Assembly: GCA_937926755.1 (NCBI GenBank)
Contig: CALBBA010000012.1
Coordinates: forward strand, 1 to 44,819
Length of the DNA stretch: 44,819 nucleotides
Reading direction: 5' to 3'
Source of the DNA: an uncultured Collinsella sp.
GTDB lineage: Bacteria > Actinomycetota > Coriobacteriia > Coriobacteriales > Coriobacteriaceae
The number at the start of each line of letters is the position of its first letter. Position 1 is the first letter of the stretch. This document shows positions 21,032-30,030 of the stretch, piece after piece. The translations under genes and the position numbers were made by a program. The notes beneath the pieces were generated by a model. The model was not told the DNA's origin. It was given only the letters and a program-made list of their open reading frames with translations, and searched no databases.

Positions 21032-21859
21032 ATGAGCGATACCGCAGTCAACGGCGTCGAGCCGATCATCTTCCTTGATGACGTCCACGTCACCTTTAGG
21101 ACCCGTACCGGCTCGATTCTGCACCCCAACCTGGTTCACGCCGTCCAGGGTGTAACGATTAAGCTCATGCCCGGTCAGACGATCGGCATCGTCGGCGAGT
21201 CCGGTTGCGGTAAGTCCACCACCGCTAACGTCATGTGCGGCCTGCAGGCCCCCACGAGCGGCAAGGTCTACTTTAAGGGCAAGGACGTTACCAAACGTAC
21301 CGCCGAGGACCGTCGCCACATGGGTCGCGTCATCTCGGTCGTGTTCCAGAACCCGGCCACGGCGCTCAACCCCCGCATGGTCGTTCGCGAGCAGCTGCTC
21401 GACCCCATGCGCGTCCACAACCTGGGTACCGAGGCCGAGCAGGAGAAGCGCGTCAAGGAACTCTTGGAGCTCACCGGTCTGCCCAGCTCCGCTGCCGAGG
21501 TTCTTCCCGGCCAGCTTTCGGGCGGCCAGCGTCAGCGCGTCGCAATTGCCCGTGCCCTGTCGCTGAACCCCGATGCCATCATCGCCGACGAGCCCACCTC
21601 GGCTCTGGACGTTTCGGTCCGCGCGCAGATTCTGAACCTGTTGACCGACCTTAAGAAGGAGCTCGGCCTGGCCATGGTGTTCATCAGCCATGACATCCAG
21701 ACGGTCCGCTATATCTCTGACGACATCATCGTTATGAATGGCGGCAAGATCGTCGAGCAGGGCGAGGCCAAGCAGGTCTTCCAGCACCCCCAGGACCCCT
21801 ACACCAAGATGCTGCTCGGCGCTGCGCCGTCGCTGCTGCATCCCAAGCTCGGCGAGTAA
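21032..21859 (+). CDS. ABC transporter ATP-binding subunit (DppF type)
   Basis: GESGCGKST, LSGGQRQR, DEPTSALD, ISHD. Confidence 0.93.
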   Translation: MSDTAVNGVEPIIFLDDVHVTFRTRTGSILHPNLVHAVQGVTIKLMPGQTIGIVGESGCGKSTTANVMCGLQAPTSGKVYFKGKDVTKRTAEDRRHMGRVISVVFQNPATALNPRMVVREQLLDPMRVHNLGTEAEQEKRVKELLELTGLPSSAAEVLPGQLSGGQRQRVAIARALSLNPDAIIADEPTSALDVSVRAQILNLLTDLKKELGLAMVFISHDIQTVRYISDDIIVMNGGKIVEQGEAKQVFQHPQDPYTKMLLGAAPSLLHPKLGE

Positions 21860-21939
21860 CCTCGCTTTCCCTCCCGTGCGCCCGGTTCCCTTGCCGGGCG
21901 CACCTCCGTTGCGATTTCGAAAGGTTGGGTTCACGAGCC

Positions 21940-22917
21940 ATGCCAAGTGCTCAGGAGCTACAACATCAATTTGGTGAATATCGAGGCGCCATGCCCCGTC
22001 CATCAGATTTCGATCTCTTTTGGAAGGATCGCATGGCCGAGGCCGACGCCGTCGGGCTTGACTATGCGATCGAGGCGGCATCGGTCGCCGATGCCGCGAC
22101 CTGCCAGCTTTTCGACCTCTGGTATACCGGCATGTGTGGCGCTCGCCTGCATGCCAAGTACCTTAAACCCGTCTCGGACGAGCCCGTGCCATTGGTACTT
22201 CAGTTCCATGGATATCCGGGTGCAAGCCGCAGCTGGTTTGAGCAGGCGTCGTTTGCGGGCATGGGCATGGCACTCATCGCCCTCGACTGCCCCGGTCAAG
22301 GAGGTCCCTCCGAGGACATTGGTGGATTTGAGGGCACAACGGTTGCCGGGCATATCGTCGCCGGCATCGACGGCGACCCGGCCAACCTCTACTATGTCCG
22401 CTTACACCAAGATATTCGAATCCTGTGCCGTATTGTTCGTGAGCTCGAGGGCATCGATCTTGCCCGTGTGTTTGTGAACGGCGCGTCGCAGGGCGGCGGT
22501 TTGGGTATTGCGACCTGTGCGCTTAATAGCGAGCTTATCAATCGTGCCGCCATCCTCTATCCCTTCCTGTCGGATTTCCGCCTGGTCTGGGATTTGGATG
22601 CCGACGACATTGCCTACGAAGGCCTGCGCTATTGGTCTCGCTGGTTTGATGAGGACTCGACTCGTATTGACGAAGCCTATGCCAAGCTGGCGTACTTCGT
22701 TCCCAAGAACTCCGCCCCTTTGTTCAAAGCCCCCGCGTTGTTCGGTAGTGGCCCAGCCGATATCGTCTGTCCGCCAGCGACGCAGTTTGCGGTCTATAAC
22801 AACCTGACCTGCGAAAAGCGTCATGAGTTCTTTGAAGGCTTTGGCCACGAGGAGATTCAGGATTTTGACGATTTGATCATTCCGTTTTTCTGCAAGGGAG
22901 GGGAGGCTCATGTCTAA
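21940..22917 (+). CDS. Acetyl esterase, AXE1/CE7 family (alpha/beta hydrolase)
   Basis: RPSDFDLFW, FHGY, GQG, nucleophile elbow GASQGGG, DIVCPP and GHE. The Ser-Asp-His triad is intact. Confidence 0.88.
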   Translation: MPSAQELQHQFGEYRGAMPRPSDFDLFWKDRMAEADAVGLDYAIEAASVADAATCQLFDLWYTGMCGARLHAKYLKPVSDEPVPLVLQFHGYPGASRSWFEQASFAGMGMALIALDCPGQGGPSEDIGGFEGTTVAGHIVAGIDGDPANLYYVRLHQDIRILCRIVRELEGIDLARVFVNGASQGGGLGIATCALNSELINRAAILYPFLSDFRLVWDLDADDIAYEGLRYWSRWFDEDSTRIDEAYAKLAYFVPKNSAPLFKAPALFGSGPADIVCPPATQFAVYNNLTCEKRHEFFEGFGHEEIQDFDDLIIPFFCKGGEAHV

Positions 22918-23761
22918 GTGCGAGAGCAATGTTGACGAGCTGATTGTCCCCGGGCTCGTGGGAATTCCTGGAACGGTTTCGTCAAGGCTCGCAGAATATC
23001 GGGACTGGCGCGGTGATGTCCAAGCAGATGTTTCTGATTTAGAGACATGCGCTTCGAATCTTGAGATTCAAGGCCTGGCCATTACGGCGATTGACTTTGT
23101 TAACCCCTGCGCCCGTTACTCGGAGGTCTCCTTTGAGCTCGGTGACGATGCGATTCACGCTCGTTTGATCGAGCCTGTCGGTCGTGCCCGAGTATCTGAG
23201 CGCGTGCCGCTGTGCCTGATGTTCCACGACATCGATCGGCCTGTGCGCGGCTGGCATCACATGACGAGATTTGCCGCCATGGGGTATGCCGTCCTCGCGC
23301 TGGATGACGATGTTGCTGGTGCGGACGACCTGCAGCGGGGGATTTCTTCGTCCGCTTTTGTCGAGCGCGTCCGTTGGGGTTGCGCGTTGGCGAAGGTGGC
23401 GCGCAATCTTGATGGCATGGACCCCGACCGCATCTTTGCATGGGGCGAGGGGCTTGGCGGCGGAGTCGCGCTGGCGGTTTCTGCTCTGGACGAGCGGGGC
23501 CTCGCCTGCACGGCGGTTGCCAATCCGCTTCCTGGCGGCCTCGAGGCGCTGTCGTCTCGGGTGCGCGGATCGGTGCTCATGGGCACATCGCTTATGGATA
23601 CCGTGAGCGATCCCAAGGATCAGTTTGCCGTATTCAACGGTCTTGAGTGTGACCGGAGGCATATCATCTATGCAAAATACGCTCACGAGCGCATCAATGC
23701 GTTCGAAAACGAAGTCGTCGACTTTTTTAACCAAACGTTCTACTCGTGTTCTTTGGCCTAG
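22910..23761 (+). CDS. Degenerate AXE1/CE7-like alpha/beta hydrolase paralogue lacking the nucleophile Ser
   Basis: Same motif order as the upstream gene (IHARLIEP, PLCLMFHD, AAMGYAVLALD, GEGLGGG, DTVSDP..QFAVFN, AHE) but GEGLG replaces GxSQG. Overlaps the upstream stop and has a GGAGG RBS. Confidence 0.75.
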   Translation: MSKCESNVDELIVPGLVGIPGTVSSRLAEYRDWRGDVQADVSDLETCASNLEIQGLAITAIDFVNPCARYSEVSFELGDDAIHARLIEPVGRARVSERVPLCLMFHDIDRPVRGWHHMTRFAAMGYAVLALDDDVAGADDLQRGISSSAFVERVRWGCALAKVARNLDGMDPDRIFAWGEGLGGGVALAVSALDERGLACTAVANPLPGGLEALSSRVRGSVLMGTSLMDTVSDPKDQFAVFNGLECDRRHIIYAKYAHERINAFENEVVDFFNQTFYSCSLA

Positions 23762-23829
23762 ACGGCCTGGACACTGCCAACAAGAGTGGGTGGCATAGGG
23801 CCGCCCGCCAGACAACTAAGGAGATTCTT

Positions 23830-24750
23830 GTGGCAACTCAGAAATTCACCGGCGTTATCCCTCCCGTCGTTGTTCCCGATACCGAAGATCACCAGCTCGA
23901 TGTTGCCTCCTTTGAGCGCAGCATCAACCGCATGATCGATGCCGGCGTCGATGGCCTGTTCTTCCTGGGATCCTCGGGCGAGGTCGTCTTCTCCACCGAC
24001 GAGCGCCGTCGCCAGATTATCGCCGAGGCCGTGCGCATCGTCGATCACCGCGTGCCTGTTCTGGTCGGCATCATCGATACCGAGACCGAGCGCATGATCG
24101 AGCACGGTAAGGTCGCTCAGGAGCTGGGCGCCGATGCGCTTGTCGCCACCTGCCCGTTCTATGCCCTGCAGGGCATGACCGAGGTCGAGGAGCACTTCCG
24201 CATCCTGCACGAGGAGCTCGACCTGCCCATCTTTGCCTATGACATTCCCGTCTGCGTTCACACCAAGCTCCCCTGGAAGCTCCTTGCCAAGCTCGGCGCC
24301 GAGGGCGTCCTTGCTGGCGTCAAGGATTCCTCGGGTGATGACATCTCGTTCCGCTACCTCGTTCAGGAGAACGAGAAGAACGGCCATCCGATGAGTATCC
24401 TCACCGGTCACGAGGTTGTCGTCGACGGCGCTTACCTCGGTGGCGCCGACGGTTCTGTCCCGGGCCTTGCCAACGTTGAGCCCGAGGGCTACGTGCGCCA
24501 GTGGAAGGCCGCTCAGGCCGGTGACTGGGCTACCGTCAAGGCCGAGCAGGATCGCCTCAACGAGATCTCCCACATCTGGGATGTCACCTCGGGCGTCCAG
24601 GGCTATGCCGGTGGCGTCGGCGCCTTCAAGACCGCTATGAACCTCATGGGCATCTTCGACAGCCCGACCATGCCGCGCCCGGTGAAGGCCATGACCGGCG
24701 AGAACGTCGAGGCGATTAAGAAGGTCCTCCAGGACAACGGTCTCCTGTAA
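23830..24750 (+). CDS. nanA: N-acetylneuraminate lyase (DapA/NAL family)
   Basis: FTGVIPP, GSSGE, YDIP, Schiff-base KDSSG; next to a ROK kinase and nanE. GTG at 23830 after TAAGGAG. Confidence 0.85.
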   Translation: MATQKFTGVIPPVVVPDTEDHQLDVASFERSINRMIDAGVDGLFFLGSSGEVVFSTDERRRQIIAEAVRIVDHRVPVLVGIIDTETERMIEHGKVAQELGADALVATCPFYALQGMTEVEEHFRILHEELDLPIFAYDIPVCVHTKLPWKLLAKLGAEGVLAGVKDSSGDDISFRYLVQENEKNGHPMSILTGHEVVVDGAYLGGADGSVPGLANVEPEGYVRQWKAAQAGDWATVKAEQDRLNEISHIWDVTSGVQGYAGGVGAFKTAMNLMGIFDSPTMPRPVKAMTGENVEAIKKVLQDNGLL

Positions 24751-24920
24751 AGCTTCCCCGGGCACCCGATCTTGGGGCTCAAGCGGTCGAGCGTGACCCA
24801 TTAGGTCAACGCCCGACCGCTTTCACCCCAACCTCGGACACCCGGGAAACCTTTACCAAGCTGCGGCGATAACGCAGCCTTCATTTCCTGTAGTTGTTTT
24901 TATCTCCTAAGGAGAGCGAC

Positions 24921-25886
24921 ATGGAGAACAAGTACGTCTGCTCTGTCGATATCGGCGGAACTAAAATTGCGACTGCCATCATGGAGTACCCGGCTGACGG
25001 TAGTGTGCCCCATCCCGTTTTTGAGGCCGAGGTTCCCACAGAGGCCCAAGAGGGCGGCGAGGCCGTCTTCCAGCGTATCGAGGCGTCTATCAAGGCCGCT
25101 CTTGAGGCGAATCCCGATGTCGAGGTCCTTGGCGTCGGTATCGGTGCCGCCGGCGTCGTCGATCCCAAGACGGGCGCCATTGCGTATGCCAATGAGATCA
25201 TGCCCGGCTGGTCCGGCGTTCAGTTGGGGCCGCGTCTGCGCGAGGACCTTGGTCTTCCCGTTGCCGTTGTGGGCGACGTGCAGGCTCATGCTCTGGGCGA
25301 GGCCCACTGGGGTGTCGGCAAGGGCAAGTTCTCCGTCTTGTGTCTTGGCATCGGTACGGGTATCGGCGGCGCATATGTCGAGAACGGCCGCGTGATGCAG
25401 GGCTTCCATGGTGCTGCTGGCCATATGGGCCACATCGAGTGCTCGGCTGCCGCCGGCATTCCCTGCGCCTGCGGGCGTTCCGGCCATCTGGAGTCGGTTG
25501 CTTCGGGCACTTCCATTGGTCGTATGTACGATGAGCGCTTTGGCCGCGTCGACCCCAGCCGTCCTTCGGTCGGTCGCGATGTGAACGACCTGTGCCGTGC
25601 AGGCGACGCAAAGGCGACCGAGGTCATCCATGATGCCGGCTTTGCGCTGGGTGCCAGCTTGGGCTCGCTCGCTAACATCCTGGACCCTGAGGTCATCGTG
25701 CTTTCGGGCGGCGTGATTCACCAAGGTCCCGATTGGCGTTCGCAGACGTGGAAGGATTCGGTGCACGAGGGCTATGCCAGCCAGGCGCTCGATCCGCTTC
25801 AGGACACGCCGATCCTCATCGGTTCTCTGGAGGGCGATGCTCCGCTCATCGGTGCCGCCGAGCATCTTCTTGCTTCGTTGAAGTAA
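24921..25886 (+). CDS. nanK: ROK-family sugar kinase, probably N-acetylmannosamine kinase
   Basis: DIGGTKI, GIGTGIGG, GHMGH..CACGRSGHLE zinc motif, APLIGAA; lies between nanA and nanE. Confidence 0.8.
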   Translation: MENKYVCSVDIGGTKIATAIMEYPADGSVPHPVFEAEVPTEAQEGGEAVFQRIEASIKAALEANPDVEVLGVGIGAAGVVDPKTGAIAYANEIMPGWSGVQLGPRLREDLGLPVAVVGDVQAHALGEAHWGVGKGKFSVLCLGIGTGIGGAYVENGRVMQGFHGAAGHMGHIECSAAAGIPCACGRSGHLESVASGTSIGRMYDERFGRVDPSRPSVGRDVNDLCRAGDAKATEVIHDAGFALGASLGSLANILDPEVIVLSGGVIHQGPDWRSQTWKDSVHEGYASQALDPLQDTPILIGSLEGDAPLIGAAEHLLASLK

Positions 25887-25903
25887 ACATAACTACCAAG
25901 TGT

Positions 25904-26001
25904 GCCTTCTGAGGTGCCGCAGATTGACGTGAAAGAGGAGCGAAGCGTACTTCGGTACGCGAGCGACGGTTTGAACGTCAAGGTGCGGCGTCTCAGAAGG
26001 C
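25904..26001. repeat. Long imperfect palindrome (REP-like) between nanK and nanE
   Basis: GCCTTCTGAG/CTCAGAAGGC, GTGCCGCA/TGCGGCGT, TTGACGT/ACGTCAA and an apical GCGTAC-TTCG-GTACGC. Confidence 0.75.
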
Positions 26002-26026
26002 TGTTTTGAGAAAGGTTGAGTCGAAC

Positions 26027-26713
26027 ATGACCGTTGATTCTTTGATCCAGTCCCTGAAGGGCAAGCTCGTCGTGAGCGTTCAGGCGTATATGGGCGAGCC
26101 GCTTCGTACGCCCGAGACCATGGCTCAAATGTCTCGCGCTTGCGAGCTTGGCGGCGCCGCCGCCATTCGCTGTCAGGGCCTTGCCGACATTGCCGCTATT
26201 AAGGGTCGCTGTGAGGTTCCCGTCATCGGCCTGTGGAAGGATGGACACGAGGGCGTTTACATCACGCCGACGCTGCGTCACGCTCGCGCCTGCGTTGCTG
26301 CCGGTGCCGATATCGTGGCGATCGACGCCACCGATCGTCCGCGTCCCGATGGCAAGACCGTCGAGGATACCTTCCGCCCGCTGCACGAGGAGGGCGTGCT
26401 CCTGATGGCGGATTGTGCCACCATCGAGGACATTCGCCGTGCGGTTGATATGGGCTTTGACCTGGTATCCACCACGCTTTCTCACGGCGTCGCCGCCATC
26501 GACTGCACCATGGCCGATGGCCCCGACCTGCCACTCCTGCGTCAGGCGACCGAGGAATTCCCCGGTCTTCCCATCATCTGCGAGGGCCGCGTGCACACGC
26601 CCGAGGAGGCTCGCGCTGCGATCGATGCTGGCGCCTGGGCCGTTGTCGTCGGCACCGCCATCACGCACCCCACGAGTATTACGAGTTGGTTCAAGGCTGC
26701 GCTTGAGGCGTAA
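26027..26713 (+). CDS. nanE: N-acetylmannosamine-6-phosphate 2-epimerase
   Basis: LVVSVQA..EPL, GAAAIR, PVIGLWK, YITPT, DATDRPRP, LMADC, EGRVHTP, VVGTAITHP. Confidence 0.95.
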   Translation: MTVDSLIQSLKGKLVVSVQAYMGEPLRTPETMAQMSRACELGGAAAIRCQGLADIAAIKGRCEVPVIGLWKDGHEGVYITPTLRHARACVAAGADIVAIDATDRPRPDGKTVEDTFRPLHEEGVLLMADCATIEDIRRAVDMGFDLVSTTLSHGVAAIDCTMADGPDLPLLRQATEEFPGLPIICEGRVHTPEEARAAIDAGAWAVVVGTAITHPTSITSWFKAALEA

Positions 26714-26832
26714 GACAGGCCTCGTATCCGCTCGGGGCGGTATACTCAATATAGGCAATTGACCGCGCGGGATCCGGGTTGCTGGGTCCCGCGCTTGTTT
26801 TTGGGAGGCAGCACATGCAAAAGGGAGATGCC

Positions 26833-27735
26833 ATGGATGCGGCGGAGCGCTCGGAGCGCATCCCCGATATCGTCATCATCACCGGAATGTCCGGATCGGG
26901 CCGCACACAGGCCATGCACGTGTTCGAGGACATGGGCTATTTTTGCATTGATAACCTACCTCCGCGTCTCATCGCCCAGCTTGCCGAGCTCGTCGGCATC
27001 AATACGGGCGTGGGCAGGCATCTCGCCGTCACCTGCGATTTGCGTAGCCAGGGACTGTTTGACGAGTTGCTCGATGCGGTCGCCGCGCTCGAAGAGCGCG
27101 AGATGAGCTGCGACATCGTGTTCCTGGAGGCTTCTGACGAGGTGCTGATTCGTCGCTACAGCGAAAATCGCCGCCGTCATCCCATTGCCAAGCCGGGGGA
27201 GACTACGGCCGATGCCATTCAGCGCGAGCGCCTTCAGCTGCAGGGCGTGCGCGATCGAGCCGATATGATTATCGACACGAGCCGCCTGCGCACCTCTGCC
27301 CTGCGCAACAAATTGCGCATGGCGTTCTCCGAGTTGTCCGACCAGCAGCTCATGGACGTTCACGTGTTCTCGTTTGGCTTTAAGCACGGTATGCCCGTCG
27401 AGGCGGACATTATGATCGACGTTCGCTTCCTGCCCAATCCGTTTTACGATCCCGAGATGCGTACCATGACCGGTCTCGATAAGAAAGTCTCCGACTTTGT
27501 TCTGGACCATCCCAAGACCCAGGAGTTCTGGAAGGCCTGGACGCAGTTGCTCGATACGGTGATGCCGGGCTATATCGCGGAGGGTAAGCCGCAGCTTTCT
27601 ATCGCCATCGGCTGCACGGGCGGACAGCACCGTAGCGTCGCCATTGCCGAGGCCACGGCCCGTTACCTGGAAGGCGCCCAGTATCACGTGAGCATCTCCC
27701 ACCGCGACCTGTCGCGCGCCAACACGAAGGCATAG
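26833..27735 (+). CDS. rapZ: RNase adapter RapZ / YvcJ-family P-loop protein
   Basis: ITGMSGSGRT, GYFCIDNLPP, RRYSENRRRHP, SFGFKHG, DVRFLPNP, GCTGGQHRSV. Confidence 0.95.
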   Translation: MDAAERSERIPDIVIITGMSGSGRTQAMHVFEDMGYFCIDNLPPRLIAQLAELVGINTGVGRHLAVTCDLRSQGLFDELLDAVAALEEREMSCDIVFLEASDEVLIRRYSENRRRHPIAKPGETTADAIQRERLQLQGVRDRADMIIDTSRLRTSALRNKLRMAFSELSDQQLMDVHVFSFGFKHGMPVEADIMIDVRFLPNPFYDPEMRTMTGLDKKVSDFVLDHPKTQEFWKAWTQLLDTVMPGYIAEGKPQLSIAIGCTGGQHRSVAIAEATARYLEGAQYHVSISHRDLSRANTKA

Positions 27736-27741
27736 GCCTGC

Positions 27742-28671
27742 ATGTCGTTTACCGCTGAGGTGCGCGACGAGCTTGCGCGCTGCGAACCCGAATGTGAATA
27801 CTGCGATTTGTCGACGCTTGCCGCCCTGACGCGTGTGAGCGGTACGCTTTCGTTGGCCGGCTCCGGGCGGTATCGTTTGACGGTCGCGACCGAGACGGGA
27901 GCCGTCGCGCGCACGATGATCACGCTGACGCATCGCATTCTTAAGCTCAAAACGGAATTCACCGTTCGTAAATCGGTCTTGCATAAGGTCCGTAACTATC
28001 TCATTACCCTGCCCGATCAACCCGACCTGGACAAGGCTCTGGTGCTGCTGGGCATTCTAGACCGCAGGGGAGGGCTCGTTGCTGGTGTTCCCCGACACAT
28101 CGTTGCCCGTCCCTGCTGCAGGCTTGCCTACATCCGCGGCGCGCTCATCGCGGGCGGCTTCGTGGCCGATCCACGCGGCGATTTTCATTTGGAGATCGCG
28201 GTGCAGGGCGAGCAATATGCCAAGGGGCTTTGCGACCTGTTGGGGCAGATTGGGGTCCATGCTCGTGTTAATGCGCGGCGGGGGTCATATGCCGTGTACA
28301 TTAAGAGCGCCGAGGAAATCGAGCATCTATTAAAGCTGATTGGTGCCAAGCGCAGCGTTGCCGAGATTGAGGAGGCGCGCGCGGTCAAGTTGGTTAAGAA
28401 CGATGTGAACCGTCGCGTGAACGCCGAGCTCGCCAACCAGACCAGAAGCGCCGGTGCTGCCCAACATCAGCTTGCGCTTATCGATGAGCTCGAGCAGCGC
28501 GGCCTTCGCGATGCGCTTCCGGATGCCTTGGCGGTCTTTTGCGACCTGCGCGAGCGCTATCCCGATCTGTCGCTGCGTGATTTAGGGGAGATGGCTGACC
28601 CTCCCTTGTCGAAGTCGGCCCTCTACCATCGAGTTTTGAGGCTTGAAAAGCTCATTGAAGCAAACGGGTAG
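27742..28671 (+). CDS. whiA: DNA-binding protein WhiA
   Basis: MSFTAEVRDEL, YIRGALIAGG..DP..HLEI (LAGLIDADG-like), NRRVNAELAN, C-terminal HTH SLRDLG..PPLSKS. Confidence 0.95.
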   Translation: MSFTAEVRDELARCEPECEYCDLSTLAALTRVSGTLSLAGSGRYRLTVATETGAVARTMITLTHRILKLKTEFTVRKSVLHKVRNYLITLPDQPDLDKALVLLGILDRRGGLVAGVPRHIVARPCCRLAYIRGALIAGGFVADPRGDFHLEIAVQGEQYAKGLCDLLGQIGVHARVNARRGSYAVYIKSAEEIEHLLKLIGAKRSVAEIEEARAVKLVKNDVNRRVNAELANQTRSAGAAQHQLALIDELEQRGLRDALPDALAVFCDLRERYPDLSLRDLGEMADPPLSKSALYHRVLRLEKLIEANG

Positions 28672-28864
28672 TTTAAAGTATCGACTTATATACGGATTTA
28701 GCTGCTATTTTATTCTTTAAAACGTTTTAACGTAAATTTGATTTTCAATTTCGAGCATTCTCGTGAAATTCAAGTCAAAAAAAAGGTATATTAGGCGAGT
28801 GGTTAGTTTGTGGGCCTCAACGGCGGGCGCTGTAGCTTGCGGGGGCCTTACGAAAGGAGACACA

Positions 28865-29890
28865 ATGGCAGTAAAGGTTGCTATTAACGGCTTCGGTCGC
28901 ATCGGTCGTCTGGCTTTCCGTCAGATGTTCGGTCATGAGGGCTCCGAGATTGTCGCTATCAACGACCTCACCTCTCCCGATATGCTCGCTTACCTGCTGA
29001 AGTACGACTCCACGCAGGGCAACTACGCTCGCGATCACGAGGTCGTTGCTGGCGAGGATTCCATCACCGTTGACGGCAAGGAGATCAAGATCTACAAGGA
29101 GGCCGACGCCAACAACCTGCCTTGGGGCGACCTCGACGTCGACGTCGTTCTCGAGTGCACCGGCTTCTACACCAGCAAGGCTAAGGCTCAGGCCCACATC
29201 AACGCTGGCGCCAAGAAGGTCGTCATCTCCGCTCCGGCCGGCAGCGATCTGCCCACCATCGTGTACAACGTCAACCACGAGACGCTGACCGCTGAGGACA
29301 ACATCATCTCCGCTGCTTCCTGCACCACCAACTGCCTCGCCCCGATGGCCAAGGGTCTGAACGACTTCGCTCCCATCGTGTCCGGCATCATGACCACCAT
29401 TCACGCCTGGACCGGCGACCAGATGCCGCTCGACGGCCCGCAGCGCAAGGGCAACAAGCGTCGTAGCCGCGCCTGCGCCGTCAACATCGTCCCCAACACC
29501 ACCGGTGCTGCCAAGGCTATCGGCCTGGTTCTCCCCGAGCTCAACGGTAAGCTCATCGGTGCCGCCCAGCGCGTCCCGACGCCGACCGGCTCCATCACCA
29601 ACCTCTACGCTGTCGTTGACAAGAAGGTCACCGTCGACGAGGTCAACGCCGCTATGAAGGCCTACGCTTCCACCATCTCCGAGACCTTCGGTTACAACGA
29701 GGACGACATCGTCTCCACCGACATCATCGGCGAGACCCACGGCTCCATCTTCGACGCCACTCAGACCATGTGCTCTGACCTCGGCAACGGCCAGACCCTC
29801 GTTCAGGTCACCTCTTGGTACGACAACGAGAACTCCTACACCTCTCAGATGGTCCGCACCATCAAGTACTTCGAGAAGTTCGTTGCTTAA
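28865..29890 (+). CDS. gap: Glyceraldehyde-3-phosphate dehydrogenase (type I)
   Basis: [41 protein letters not shown] and strong codon bias. Confidence 0.98.
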   Translation: MAVKVAINGFGRIGRLAFRQMFGHEGSEIVAINDLTSPDMLAYLLKYDSTQGNYARDHEVVAGEDSITVDGKEIKIYKEADANNLPWGDLDVDVVLECTGFYTSKAKAQAHINAGAKKVVISAPAGSDLPTIVYNVNHETLTAEDNIISAASCTTNCLAPMAKGLNDFAPIVSGIMTTIHAWTGDQMPLDGPQRKGNKRRSRACAVNIVPNTTGAAKAIGLVLPELNGKLIGAAQRVPTPTGSITNLYAVVDKKVTVDEVNAAMKAYASTISETFGYNEDDIVSTDIIGETHGSIFDATQTMCSDLGNGQTLVQVTSWYDNENSYTSQMVRTIKYFEKFVA

Positions 29891-29927
29891 TTTAGCTTTT
29901 AGCGAATAGCTCGTTGAGCGTCTAAAG

Positions 29928-29974
29928 AAGGGCGCGGCCTCATAGGGCTTACACCCTAGGGTCGCGCCCTTTTT
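29928..29974 (+). terminator. Intrinsic terminator/stabiliser after gap
   Basis: AAGGGCGCGGCC..GGTCGCGCCCTT followed by a T-run. Confidence 0.75.
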
Positions 29975-30030
29975 ATAGGAAATCGTCTGCCGTAATGGGA
30001 GGCAGACACGTACGAAAGGTAGAAGCAAAC

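Noticed and set aside
28761..28778. Rex operator at the gap promoter (TCGTGAA-ATTC-AAGTCAA)
   Set aside because: The right half matches only 3 of 7 consensus positions.
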